Source of the DNA: Candidatus Eiseniibacteriota bacterium
Lineage (GTDB): Bacteria > Eisenbacteria > RBG-16-71-46
DNA: 64,000 nt
Direction: 5' to 3'
Assembly: GCA_963717935.1 (NCBI GenBank)
Contig: CAVQXP010000001.1
Span: 1 to 64,000, forward strand
The notes beneath the pieces are model-generated. The model searched no databases. It was not told the DNA's origin and worked only from the letters and a program-made list of their open reading frames with translations. The translations under genes were made by a program, and so were the position numbers. This document shows, piece by piece, positions 18,034 through 27,751 of this stretch. Position 1 is the stretch's first letter. Every line of letters starts with the position of its first letter.

Positions 18034-19176
18034 GTGGAGCAGCGACTGCTGAGCGCACTCGACCCGGGGTGGGGAGCGGGGGATCCGTCCGTCCTCGTCC
18101 CGGAGCATGCCGCGCGGCGGGCCGAGCTCGAGGCGCTCGACCCCGCGCTGGCCGTGTTGTACGTGCGCGGCGCCGAGGTGCTGGCCGGAGCGGCCGACGC
18201 GGCCGCCCTCAAGGAGCGCGTCGTGGCCCTGCTCGGCCGGGAGCGCGGCGTCGTCACGCTCGCGCTGGCCGAGATCCCCGCGCTTCCCCCCGAGCAGAAG
18301 AGGGTCCGCGGCCGGGGGCTCAACCTGGCGAAGCGCTGGCTCGAGGAACTCGAGAAGGCGAAGCACGCTGCCCTGGAGCAGGCGGGCGAGTCCCGCGAGG
18401 CCCTCGACGTCACGCTGCCCGGGCGGCGGCCCTGGGTCGGGCACGCGCACGTGCTGGCCCAGATCCGCGACGAGCTGCTCGACCTGTTCCACGGGCTCGG
18501 CTACTCCGTCTACACCAGCCCCGAGGTCGAGCACGACGAGTACAACTTCGCCAAGCTCAACTTCGCTCCCGACCACCCGGCGCGCGACGCCCACGACACC
18601 TATTTCGTCACCCCCCAGGTGGTGCTGCGCACGCACACCTCGCCGGGCTGGGTGCGCGCGATGGAGGAGCGCAAGCCGCCTCTCCGGCTGGTCTTCCCGG
18701 GGCGCGTCTACCGCGCCGAGCAGGTCGACGCCAGCCACATGGACCAGTTCCACCAGCTGGACGGCCTGTTCGTGGACCGCGACGTGAGCCTGGCCGACCT
18801 GAAGAGCACGCTGAACACCTTCGCGCGCTCGATCTACGGGCCGCGCGTGCGCACCCGCATCATCCCGATCTACTTCCCGTTCGTCGAGCCCGGCGCCCAG
18901 CTCGACGTGGCCTGCGCGATCTGCGACGGCAGCGGACGAACGAACCTCGGCGCCGGCGAGCAGCGCTGCCCGGTGTGCAAGGGCTCGGGCTGGAGCGAGC
19001 TGCTGGGCGCCGGCATGGTGCATCCGAACGTCTTCCGCGCGGTCGGCTACGACCCCGAGGAGGTGACCGGCTTCGCCTTCGGGATGGGCCTCGAGCGCAT
19101 CGCGATGGCGCGCTACGGCATCCCGGAGATCCGACTGTTCCTGGAGAACGACCTGCGCTTCCTGAACCAGTTCTGA
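18034..19176 (+). CDS. pheS: Phenylalanine--tRNA ligase alpha subunit
   Basis: NF..LN...DHPAR, LRTHTS, PGRVYR, YFPFVEP, GAGMVHPNV, GFAFGMGLERIAM. Confidence 0.96.
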   Translation: MEQRLLSALDPGWGAGDPSVLVPEHAARRAELEALDPALAVLYVRGAEVLAGAADAAALKERVVALLGRERGVVTLALAEIPALPPEQKRVRGRGLNLAKRWLEELEKAKHAALEQAGESREALDVTLPGRRPWVGHAHVLAQIRDELLDLFHGLGYSVYTSPEVEHDEYNFAKLNFAPDHPARDAHDTYFVTPQVVLRTHTSPGWVRAMEERKPPLRLVFPGRVYRAEQVDASHMDQFHQLDGLFVDRDVSLADLKSTLNTFARSIYGPRVRTRIIPIYFPFVEPGAQLDVACAICDGSGRTNLGAGEQRCPVCKGSGWSELLGAGMVHPNVFRAVGYDPEEVTGFAFGMGLERIAMARYGIPEIRLFLENDLRFLNQF

Positions 19177-19243
19177 CCCGCGGGCGCGCGCGCCGGGGAT
19201 CCGCCGCAGGCGGTTCCGGGCCGCGGGCCGTGAGAAGGATCCG

Positions 19244-21724
19244 ATGAAGCTCCCGATGTCCTGGCTGCGCGACTGGGTCGAGGTGGACGTGGCCCCCGAG
19301 CCGTTGGCCGACGCACTCACGCGGCGCGGCTTCTACGTGGAGGGCATCGAGTCCCGCGGGCACTCCTACCCGGGCGTCGTGGTGGCGAAGGTGCTCGAGG
19401 TGGCGAAGCACCCCAACGCCGACAAGCTCTCGCTGTGCCGCGTGGACGCGGGCGCGGGCGAGCTCTCCATCGTGTGCGGGGCACCGAACGTCCACGCCGG
19501 CATGATCGTGCCGCTCGCCGCCATCGGGGCGAAGCTCCCCGGCGGGCTCGTGATCAAGAAGAGCAAGATCCGCGGCGTCGAGAGCCAGGGCATGCTCTGC
19601 TCGGCGGACGAGCTCGGCTTCTCCGACGACCATTCGGGCATCGTGGATCTGCCGGCCTACCTCGGCACCGATCACGGGCTCACGGCGGGCCGGCCGCTCG
19701 ACGAGTTGATGCCCCCGCCCGATGCGGTGCTCGAAGTGGAGGTGCCGTTCAACCGCCCCGACGGGCTCGGCGTGGTGGGCCTGGCGCGCGAGGTGAAGGC
19801 CGCCTTCGGACTGGCGTGGACCGCCGCGGCCGAGGAGCGCCTCGCCAGCCGCTGGCTGGGCGGCGAGGACTTCGACCTCGAGCTCGAGGACCCGGAGGGC
19901 TGCCCGCGCTACATCGCCCAGGTGGTCGAGGACGTGCGCATCGCCCCCTCGCCGGCGTGGCTGCAGCGCCGCCTCGAGGCCATGGGGCAGCGGCCCATCA
20001 ACAACGTGGTGGACGTCACGAACCTGGTGCTCTTCGAACTCGGCCAGCCGCTGCACGCCTTCGACCTCGACCGCCTGGACGGCCCCGCGATCCGCGTGCG
20101 CCGCGCCCGCCCGGGCGAGCGCATCACCACGCTCGACGGCAAGGAGCGCGCGCTCGACACCGAGGTGCTCGTGATCGCCGACCGCGCGAGACCGGTGGCG
20201 ATCGCGGGCGTGATGGGCGGGGCCGAGACCGAGGTCGCCGCCGGCACCACCCGCCTGCTGCTGGAGTGCGCGTGGTTCCAGCCGCGCCGCATCCGCCGCG
20301 GTTCGCGCGCGCTCGGCCTCTCGACCGAGGCCTCGAAGCGATTCGAGCGTCGCGTGGACCCGCTCGGCGGTACCGTGGCCACGGCCCGCTTCCTGACGCT
20401 GCTCGCCGAGGTCTCGCCCGGGCTGCGGCTCGGGCGCGCGCGGGAGCGTGCCCAGGGTCCGGCCGCGAGCGGCCCGCTCGTGCTGCGCGGCTCGCGTTGC
20501 CGGCGCATCCTCGGCTTCGAGATCCCCGTCGAGGAAGCCACCCGGCACCTCGAGTCGCTGGAGTTCGACCTCGAGCGACGCCCGCCGCGCGGTGGATCGC
20601 CGCCGGTGGCCTGGGAGCTCGAGGTCGAGGTGCCGAGCTGGCGCGCGGACATCACGATCGAGGACGACCTGATCGAGGAGGTGGCGCGCTCGCACGGGTA
20701 CGACCTCATCCCCGAGGCACCGCTCGAGACCCACGGCGCCCACGCCACGCGCAGCCCGCGCGAGCGTGGCATCGAACGCGCCCGGCGCGCCATGCTCGCC
20801 CGCGGCTTCACCGAGGCCTGGACGAGCACGCTGGTCTCCCAACGCGAGGCCCTCGAGACCGCGGGCCTGCTGGGCGCCGCGCCCGACTCGCTCGTGCGCC
20901 TGGCGAACCCCATGAGCCGGGAAGGGGAGGTGCTGAGGCCCAGCCCGGTCGCGGGGCTGCTGCGCGCCTGCGCGCACAACCTGCGCCAGGGCGTGCCGGC
21001 GGTGCGCCTCTTCGAGGTCGGTGCGGGATTCGCCGCCACCGTGGCCGGGGCGGACCGCGCGGCGCTCCCGGAGGAGACGCTGATGCTCGCCGCGATCGTC
21101 ACCGGCCCGCGCTATGCGCACGCGCACGACGCGGCGCAGCAGGCCGTGGACTTCGACGAGGCGAAGGGCCTGTGGGAGGCCTGGCTCGAGGAGATGAGCG
21201 TTGACACCCCCGAATGGCGGGCCTATGCTGCGCCCGGCTGGAAAGTCGGTGCCAGTGCGGAGATTGCGGCCGGGACTTCGCGCATTGGATGGGGTGGATG
21301 CCTGGGCCAGCCGCTGCTGCGCAGGTTGGACATCGAGGTCCCGGTGCACCTCTTCGTGGTGCGGCTCGACCCGGTGTTCCGGGGCGATCTCGCGGCGCAC
21401 CGGGTGGCACTGCCGGGCCGGTTCCCGCCGGTGAGCCGCGACCTTGCTTTCTTCGTACCGGCGTCACGCCCGCATCGCGAGGTCGAGCAGGTCCTGGCCC
21501 GCGCGGCGCAGGCGCCCGGCGGGGGAGGGTCGCGTCTCGCTTCGATCGAGTTGTTCGATGTCTACACCGGCCCCGGCACGCCCGAGGGCATGAAGAGTCT
21601 GGCGTACGCGCTTCGCTTCGAGGATCCGGAGCGTACACTGCACGAGGCCGAGGTCCGGGCCATCCAGGACCGCATGGTCGAAGCCGTCTCCCGCGAATGC
21701 GGCGGCCAACTGAGAGAGCGATGA
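19244..21724 (+). CDS. pheT: Phenylalanine--tRNA ligase beta subunit
   Basis: HPNADKL, IVCGAPNV, SQGMLCS, INNVVDVTN, GQPLHAFD, RFPPVSRDLAF, KSLAY. Confidence 0.97.
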   Translation: MKLPMSWLRDWVEVDVAPEPLADALTRRGFYVEGIESRGHSYPGVVVAKVLEVAKHPNADKLSLCRVDAGAGELSIVCGAPNVHAGMIVPLAAIGAKLPGGLVIKKSKIRGVESQGMLCSADELGFSDDHSGIVDLPAYLGTDHGLTAGRPLDELMPPPDAVLEVEVPFNRPDGLGVVGLAREVKAAFGLAWTAAAEERLASRWLGGEDFDLELEDPEGCPRYIAQVVEDVRIAPSPAWLQRRLEAMGQRPINNVVDVTNLVLFELGQPLHAFDLDRLDGPAIRVRRARPGERITTLDGKERALDTEVLVIADRARPVAIAGVMGGAETEVAAGTTRLLLECAWFQPRRIRRGSRALGLSTEASKRFERRVDPLGGTVATARFLTLLAEVSPGLRLGRARERAQGPAASGPLVLRGSRCRRILGFEIPVEEATRHLESLEFDLERRPPRGGSPPVAWELEVEVPSWRADITIEDDLIEEVARSHGYDLIPEAPLETHGAHATRSPRERGIERARRAMLARGFTEAWTSTLVSQREALETAGLLGAAPDSLVRLANPMSREGEVLRPSPVAGLLRACAHNLRQGVPAVRLFEVGAGFAATVAGADRAALPEETLMLAAIVTGPRYAHAHDAAQQAVDFDEAKGLWEAWLEEMSVDTPEWRAYAAPGWKVGASAEIAAGTSRIGWGGCLGQPLLRRLDIEVPVHLFVVRLDPVFRGDLAAHRVALPGRFPPVSRDLAFFVPASRPHREVEQVLARAAQAPGGGGSRLASIELFDVYTGPGTPEGMKSLAYALRFEDPERTLHEAEVRAIQDRMVEAVSRECGGQLRER

Positions 21725-22017
21725 CAGACACCAACACGATGACGAACGACCTTGACCGCCTGGCCGAACGTGTCGAGAAGGCCGCCGCCTTCCTGCGGGC
21801 CCAGCGCACCGAGCACGCGCGCCTGCAGCAGGAGCGCAACCAGCTCGCCGCGCGGAACCAGGAACTCGAGCAGAAGCTGCAGGGGCAGGACCCGGCCGCG
21901 CTCCTGGGAGAGTTGCAGGGATTGCGCCGCGAACAGCGTGACTGGCAGGCGGAACGCCGCGAGGTGGCGCTGCGGATCGAGGCGCTGGTGACGAAGTTGG
22001 AGCGGATCGAGGGCTGA
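21721..22017 (+). CDS. ZapB-like coiled-coil protein
   Basis: ATGA overlap with pheT; 98-aa coiled coil directly before zapA. Confidence 0.7.
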   Translation: MTDTNTMTNDLDRLAERVEKAAAFLRAQRTEHARLQQERNQLAARNQELEQKLQGQDPAALLGELQGLRREQRDWQAERREVALRIEALVTKLERIEG

Positions 22018-22037
22018 GCCCGTTCCCCGAGGACGCC

Positions 22038-22349
22038 ATGGACACCAAGACGCTGGTTCAGGTGCAGATCTTCAGCCAGAACTACACCATCCGCGGCGAG
22101 GCTGATCAGGACTACATCCTGCGGGTCGCGGCGTACGTGGACCGCAAGATGCACGAGATCACGGAGAAGCTCCCCGTGACCTCGGTTTCGAACTCGTTGT
22201 CGAAGGTCGCCGTGCTCGCCGGACTGAACATCGCCGACGAGTTGATGAAGGAGCGCGCGCAGCGCGAGTTGCTCGAGCAGCAACTGAGCACCCGCGCGGC
22301 GCGACTGAACGCCGTCCTGGACGAGATCCTCCAGGACAGCACGACGTGA
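22038..22349 (+). CDS. zapA: Cell division protein ZapA
   Basis: VQIFSQNYTIRG, VAAYVDRKMHEI, AVLAGLNIADEL. Confidence 0.92.
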   Translation: MDTKTLVQVQIFSQNYTIRGEADQDYILRVAAYVDRKMHEITEKLPVTSVSNSLSKVAVLAGLNIADELMKERAQRELLEQQLSTRAARLNAVLDEILQDSTT

Positions 22350-22376
22350 TGAGGGGGAGTCCCCAAGAGCCATCCC

Positions 22377-22594
22377 ATTCCCTGCCGTGCTCGTGATGTC
22401 TAACAGTTCTTGAACCAACTCTGATCTCAAAGGGACCCCTGGTGGCCGGTGATGCCAGGCCACGGCCCCCCGGGACACCGCCCCGCGGCGACGCGGGACG
22501 GCCGGGGACCGCGGGAGGCGGATCCGGTCGAAGAGGACCCACCTGGCTCGCCAGGTCTCAAGAACTCAACCGCACACGGCATTTCGGCGGGGAT
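22377..22594 (+). ncRNA. ssrS: 6S RNA
   Basis: Conserved zapA-6S-rny position; closing stem TCCCTGCCG/CGGCGGGGA, inner pairings GTGCTCGTG/CACACGGCA-like and AGTTCTTGA/TCAAGAACT around a central bubble. Confidence 0.85.
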
Positions 22595-22774
22595 TCCTAA
22601 GGCCCCGGCGCCCGTCGCGCGCCCCGGCCAGAGCAGGCGCCGCAGGACCACCGGTGCGCCGGACGCACCCGGACCGGCGCGCAGGCGGGTCGCAGGGACC
22701 CGCCCCGCGCAGGCTGGAAGGGGGCGGGCTCGCGCGGCCGGCCAGGTTCCCTCGACGCCCTGCCGGGAGAGACC

Positions 22775-24337
22775 ATGGACCAGACGATCTGGATCGGCGG
22801 CATCGCGGTCGGTGCCGTCGTGGCGTTTTTCGTGGGCTACATCGTCCGCGCCCGCGCGGGGCGGAATAGCCTGCAGAGCGCGGAGCACCGGGCCCAGACG
22901 CTGCTCGAGCAGGCCCAGCGCGAAGCCGACGCCGGCCGCCGCAACGCCGTGCTCGAAGGCCGCGAGGAGGCGCTCCGCCTCAAGCAGCAGGTCGAGCGCG
23001 AGACCCAGGAGGCCCGTACCACCCAGCTCGCCGCCGAGCGCGCCTTCCACGAGAAGGAGGCCGCGTTCAGCCGGCGGGTCGAGCTCATCGAGAAGAAGGA
23101 GCGCGACCTGAAGCGCTCCGAGACCGAACTGCGGGACCGCGAGACCGCCGTGCAGACGCGGGGCACCCAGCTCGACAAGCTCATCGGCGAGCAGACCGCG
23201 ATGCTCGAGCGCATCGCCAGCATGAGCGCCGAGGAGGCGCGCACCCGCCTCATGGCCGAGGTCGAGAACGAGGCCAAGGCCGAGGCCGCACGTCACGTCA
23301 CCGAGATCCGCGAGAGCGCGCACCGCAACGCCGAGCGCGAGGCGCGCAAGATCATCGGGCTCGCCATCCAGCGCTTCTCCGCCGACCACGTCTCCGAGGT
23401 CTCGGTCTCGGTGGTGCACCTGCCCAGCGACGACATGAAGGGCCGCATCATCGGGCGCGAGGGCCGCAACATCCGCTCCTTCGAGACCATCACCGGCGTC
23501 GATGTCATCATCGACGACACGCCCGAGGCCGTGATCCTCTCGGGCTTCGACCCGGTGCGTCGCGAGATCGCCCGACTCGCCCTGGAGCGCCTGGTCGCCG
23601 ACGGCCGCATCCACCCCGCCCGCATCGAGGAGGTCGTGGCCAAGGTGAAGACCGAGGTCGAGAACCGCATCCGCGAGCTGGGCGAGATGGCCTGCCTCGA
23701 GGTCGGCATCCCCGGCATCCACGCCGATCTGCAGAACCTGCTCGGCCGGCTCCACTACCGCACGTCCTACGGCCAGAACATCCTGAACCATGCGATCGAG
23801 GTCGCGCACCTGACCGGCATGATCGCCGTCGAGCTGGGGTTCGACCAGAAGATGGCCAAGCGCTGCGGCCTGCTCCACGACATCGGCAAGGCGCTCGACC
23901 ACGACCACGAGGGCACGCATCCGCAGCTCGGGATGGAGGTGGCGCAGCGTTACGGCGAGCCGCAGCCCGTGATCGACGCCATCGCTTATCACCACGACGA
24001 TTACGCCGGCGGGAGCCTGTGGCCGGTGCTGGTCTCGTCCGCCGACGCCATCTCGGGCGCGCGCCCGGGGGCGCGCCGCGAGAGCCTCGAGGTCTACATC
24101 AAGCGGCTCGAAGCGCTCGAGCAGATCGCCTGCGGTTTCCCGGGCGTGGAGAAGTCCTACGCCATCCAGGCCGGGCGCGAGGTGCGCATCATGGTCGAGC
24201 ACGGCAAGGTGGATGACGGGCGCGCCCAGGTCCTGGCGACCGAGATCGCGCGCCGCATCGAGAAGGAACTGGAGTACCCGGGCCAGATCCGCGTGACCGT
24301 GATCCGCGAGACCCGCGCCGTCGATTACGCCAAGTAG
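22775..24337 (+). CDS. rny: Ribonuclease Y
   Basis: N-terminal TM, coiled coil, KH ([14 protein letters not shown]), HD (LLHDIGK), AIQAGREVR. Confidence 0.97.
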   Translation: MDQTIWIGGIAVGAVVAFFVGYIVRARAGRNSLQSAEHRAQTLLEQAQREADAGRRNAVLEGREEALRLKQQVERETQEARTTQLAAERAFHEKEAAFSRRVELIEKKERDLKRSETELRDRETAVQTRGTQLDKLIGEQTAMLERIASMSAEEARTRLMAEVENEAKAEAARHVTEIRESAHRNAEREARKIIGLAIQRFSADHVSEVSVSVVHLPSDDMKGRIIGREGRNIRSFETITGVDVIIDDTPEAVILSGFDPVRREIARLALERLVADGRIHPARIEEVVAKVKTEVENRIRELGEMACLEVGIPGIHADLQNLLGRLHYRTSYGQNILNHAIEVAHLTGMIAVELGFDQKMAKRCGLLHDIGKALDHDHEGTHPQLGMEVAQRYGEPQPVIDAIAYHHDDYAGGSLWPVLVSSADAISGARPGARRESLEVYIKRLEALEQIACGFPGVEKSYAIQAGREVRIMVEHGKVDDGRAQVLATEIARRIEKELEYPGQIRVTVIRETRAVDYAK

Positions 24338-24347
24338 GGGAGGCCTC

Positions 24348-26024
24348 CTGAACATCCTCTTCATCGCCGACGTGATCGGCGCGCCGGGCCGCGACGTGGT
24401 GAAGGCCCTGCTGCCCGCGCTGCGGCAGCGCTACGATGCGCACCTCGTCATCTGCAACGTCGAGAACTCCGCGGGCGGCTTCGGTCTCAACCGGGACTCG
24501 GGCGAGAGCCTCGCCGCGGCGGGCGTCGACGTCTTCACCGGCGGCAATCACCTCTGGGACCGCAAGGAGAGCACGGCGTACGTCGCCGGGGAGCCGCGGC
24601 TGGTGCGCCCGGCGAACCTGCCGCCCGGCACACCGGGTGAGGGCTGGCGGGTCTTCCGCGCCGCCGACGGCACGACGGTGGGCGTCGTGAGCCTGCTGGG
24701 GCGTGTCTTCATGAAGGAGGCCGACTGCCCCTTCCGCACCGCGGACCGCGTGCTCGCGGAGCTGAAGGACCGTTGTCAGGTCGTGTTCGTGGACTTCCAC
24801 GCCGAGACCACGGCGGAGAAGGTCGCCATGGGCTGGCACCTCGACGGCCGCGCCACCGTGGTCGTGGGCACGCACACGCACGTGCAGACCGCCGACGAGC
24901 GCGTGCTGCCCGGCGGCACCGCCTTCCTGTGCGACGCGGGGATGACGGGCGGCTTCGAATCCGTGATCGGCATGGACCGCCATGCGGCGCTCGCGCGCTT
25001 CCTCACGCTGCTGCCGCAGCGCCTCACACCCGCCGCTGGCGACCCGCGCCTGAACGGGGCGCTCGTCGAGGTGGACCCGGCCACGGGCCGCGCGCGCTCG
25101 ATCCGCCGCCTCGCGGTCCCGGTCCCGGCCACCGAGCCGCCGGCGGGGCTGCGCCTGCTGGGCGGGGAGGAGCCTGCCTCGACCGCCCGGATGGCCGCGC
25201 ACGCCGAGGTCCAGCGCCTGCGCGCCGGCGGGGTCGAGACCACCCTGGCGCTGGTTTCGGTCGGGGAGGATCCGGCCTCGCAGATCTACCTGAAGAAGAA
25301 GTCCGCGGCCTGCGCCGAGGTCGGGATCCGCGTCCTGGAGGCCGCGCTGCCGGCGGGTACCGGGACCTCGGCGGTGGTCGAGCGCGTGCGGGCGCTGGGC
25401 GCCGATCCGAAGGTCCACGGCATCCTGGTGCAGTTGCCCATGGTCGGGCCCGCGGATCCGCGCGCAGTCCTCGAGGCCGTGCCCCCGGACAAGGACGTGG
25501 ACGGCTTCCACCCGGTGAACGTGGGCCGTCTCGCCGAGGGGCTGCCGGGATTCGTGCCCTGCACACCGCTCGGCATCTACGAGCTGTTGCGCCACCACGA
25601 GATCCCGCTCGCCGGCCGCCACGTCGTGGTGCTGGGGCGCAGCAACCTGGTCGGGCGCCCGCTGGCGACCCTGCTCTCGCGCAAGGGCGTGGACGCCACC
25701 GTCACGCTCGGCCACAGCGCGAGCGGACCGGCTCTGAAGGAACTGGCCGCGATCGCGGACATCCTGGTGTGCGCCACCGGCCGCCCCGAGTCGGTCACCG
25801 CCGAGTGGATCAAGCCCGGCGCCACGGTCGTGGACGTGGGCGTGCACCGCATCCCCGATCCGACCCGCCGCAGCGGCACCCGGCTCGCGGGCGACGTCGA
25901 GTTCGGCTCGGTCTCGAAGGTGGCGGGCGCCCTCACCCCGGTGCCCGGCGGCGTCGGTCCCATGACCGTGGCGATGGTGCTCGCGAACACCGTGCTCGCC
26001 GCCTCGGGGACGCTCGCCCGCTAG
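24348..26024 (+). CDS. folD: Fusion: YmdB/TIGR00282 metallophosphoesterase plus FolD methylene-THF dehydrogenase/cyclohydrolase
   Basis: GGGGAGG SD plus CTG start giving MNILFIADVIG; NVEN, GNH, DFHAE, GTHTHVQTAD; then GEDPASQIY..KK, HGILVQLP, KDVDGFHP, PCTP, GRSNLVGRP, TPVPGGVGPMT. Confidence 0.9.
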   Translation: MNILFIADVIGAPGRDVVKALLPALRQRYDAHLVICNVENSAGGFGLNRDSGESLAAAGVDVFTGGNHLWDRKESTAYVAGEPRLVRPANLPPGTPGEGWRVFRAADGTTVGVVSLLGRVFMKEADCPFRTADRVLAELKDRCQVVFVDFHAETTAEKVAMGWHLDGRATVVVGTHTHVQTADERVLPGGTAFLCDAGMTGGFESVIGMDRHAALARFLTLLPQRLTPAAGDPRLNGALVEVDPATGRARSIRRLAVPVPATEPPAGLRLLGGEEPASTARMAAHAEVQRLRAGGVETTLALVSVGEDPASQIYLKKKSAACAEVGIRVLEAALPAGTGTSAVVERVRALGADPKVHGILVQLPMVGPADPRAVLEAVPPDKDVDGFHPVNVGRLAEGLPGFVPCTPLGIYELLRHHEIPLAGRHVVVLGRSNLVGRPLATLLSRKGVDATVTLGHSASGPALKELAAIADILVCATGRPESVTAEWIKPGATVVDVGVHRIPDPTRRSGTRLAGDVEFGSVSKVAGALTPVPGGVGPMTVAMVLANTVLAASGTLAR

Positions 26025-26028
26025 GTCC

Positions 26029-27393
26029 ATGGCCACCGCTCCGGCGCCCGAGGGCATCCTCTCCGTCTCGGCCCTCACGGGCCTGATCAAGGGCACGCTG
26101 GCCGAGGCGTTCCCCGCCCTCTGGGTCAAGGGCGAGCTCACGGGCTTCAAGCGTCACGGGAGCGGCCACCTCTACTTCTCCCTCAAGGACGAGGGCGCCG
26201 TGCTCGGCTGCGTGATGTGGAAGGGCCGCGCCGGGCGTCTCGCCTTCGAGCCGCAGGACGGTCTCGAGGTCGAGGCCTTCGGCGCCATCTCGGTCTACGA
26301 GCCGCAGGGCCGCTACCAGCTCATCGTGGACGAACTGCGCCCCGCCGGTGTGGGGGCGTTGCTCCTCGCCCTCGAGGAGTTGAAGAGGCGGCTCGCCGCC
26401 GAGGGGCTGTTCGACGCGGCGCGCAAGCGGCCGCTGCCGCGCCATCCCGCGCGGATCGGGCTCGTCACCTCGCCCTCGGGCGCGGCCATCCGGGACCTGG
26501 TGAAGGTGCTGCGCGCGCGCTGGCCATCGATCGGCATCGTGCTGGCGCCGGTGCGCGTCCAGGGCGAGGGCGCGGCGCGGGAGATCGCCGGCGCGATCGA
26601 GCGCTTCGACCGTTACGGCCGCGTGGATCTGCTGATCGTCGGTCGCGGCGGCGGCTCGCTCGAGGACCTCTGGGCATTCAACGAGGAGCCCGTGGTCCGC
26701 GCCATCGCCGCCTGCCGCCTGCCCGTCATCTCGGCGGTCGGGCACGAGGTGGACGTCACCCTCGCCGACTTCGCCGCCGACGTGCGCGCGGCCACACCCT
26801 CGAACGCAGCCGAACTCGCCGTGCCGAGCCGGGCCGAGGTCGCGCAGCGGGTCGCGCAGTGGCACGGCCAGCTCGAGCGCGCGGTACGGCTGGTCGCGGC
26901 GGAGCGCCGGCGCCAGCTCGAGGCCCTCACCGCGCGCTACGGGTTCCGGCGGCAGGAAGAGGCTCTGGGGCACCTCCAGCAGCGCGTGGACGAGCTGCTG
27001 GACCGGCTGCACGACGCCGTCCGGTCCCTGCTCGAGCGCGCCCGCGAGCGCCTGGAGCACATCGCTTCACGCTATGGCCTGCGCGAGTGGCCGCGCCTGC
27101 TCGGCGTCCGCCGCGGGGAGCTGGACGACCTGCGCGGGCAACTGGACACCGCGGCCGTCGAGTCGGCGCTGGCGCACCGCACGCGCGCCCTGGCGCTCGC
27201 CGACCGCCTCAGGGCGCTCTCGCCCCGGCTCGTCCTCGAACGCGGCTATTGCCTCGTGCGCCGTCCGGACGGTACCTTCGTGCGTGCCGCTGCGGCGCTG
27301 GCGGTGGGGGAGAGTCTCACGATCGAGTTCGCGCGCGGAGAAGCCGACGCACGCGTGGAGAAGACCCGCCCGGGAGGGAAGGATGGCGCGTGA
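26029..27393 (+). CDS. xseA: Exodeoxyribonuclease VII large subunit
   Basis: SGHLYFSLKD, GRGGGSLEDLWAFNEE, SAVGHE, AATPS. Confidence 0.96.
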   Translation: MATAPAPEGILSVSALTGLIKGTLAEAFPALWVKGELTGFKRHGSGHLYFSLKDEGAVLGCVMWKGRAGRLAFEPQDGLEVEAFGAISVYEPQGRYQLIVDELRPAGVGALLLALEELKRRLAAEGLFDAARKRPLPRHPARIGLVTSPSGAAIRDLVKVLRARWPSIGIVLAPVRVQGEGAAREIAGAIERFDRYGRVDLLIVGRGGGSLEDLWAFNEEPVVRAIAACRLPVISAVGHEVDVTLADFAADVRAATPSNAAELAVPSRAEVAQRVAQWHGQLERAVRLVAAERRRQLEALTARYGFRRQEEALGHLQQRVDELLDRLHDAVRSLLERARERLEHIASRYGLREWPRLLGVRRGELDDLRGQLDTAAVESALAHRTRALALADRLRALSPRLVLERGYCLVRRPDGTFVRAAAALAVGESLTIEFARGEADARVEKTRPGGKDGA

Positions 27394-27751
27394 CAGGAAG
27401 CCGGCCGTGAGCGACGCTCCGGACGCCGCCTCGCTGAGCTTCGAGGCGGCCATCGAGCGCCTGCAGGTGATCGTCGAGGAGTTGGAGGGAGGCAGCCTCT
27501 CGCTCGACGAGTCCATCGCCCGCTACGAGGAGGGCGTGAAGCTCTCGCGGCGGCTGACGCAGACCCTCGACGAGGCGGAGAAGCGCATCGAGCGCCTGAC
27601 CACTGGCGAGGACGGCGAACCCGTGACCGAGCCCATGGAGCTCGAGGGCGAGCCCGCGGACGAGCCGAAGCCCGCGCCGAAGCCGGCCCGCGAGCCCGCG
27701 AAGACCGAGCGGCGGGGCCCCGGCAGCTCCGCCGGAGAGTTGCCCTTCTGA
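27383..27751 (+). CDS. xseB: Exodeoxyribonuclease VII small subunit
   Basis: SFEAAIERLQVIVEELEGGSLSLDESIARYEEG. Confidence 0.93.
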   Translation: MARDRKPAVSDAPDAASLSFEAAIERLQVIVEELEGGSLSLDESIARYEEGVKLSRRLTQTLDEAEKRIERLTTGEDGEPVTEPMELEGEPADEPKPAPKPAREPAKTERRGPGSSAGELPF

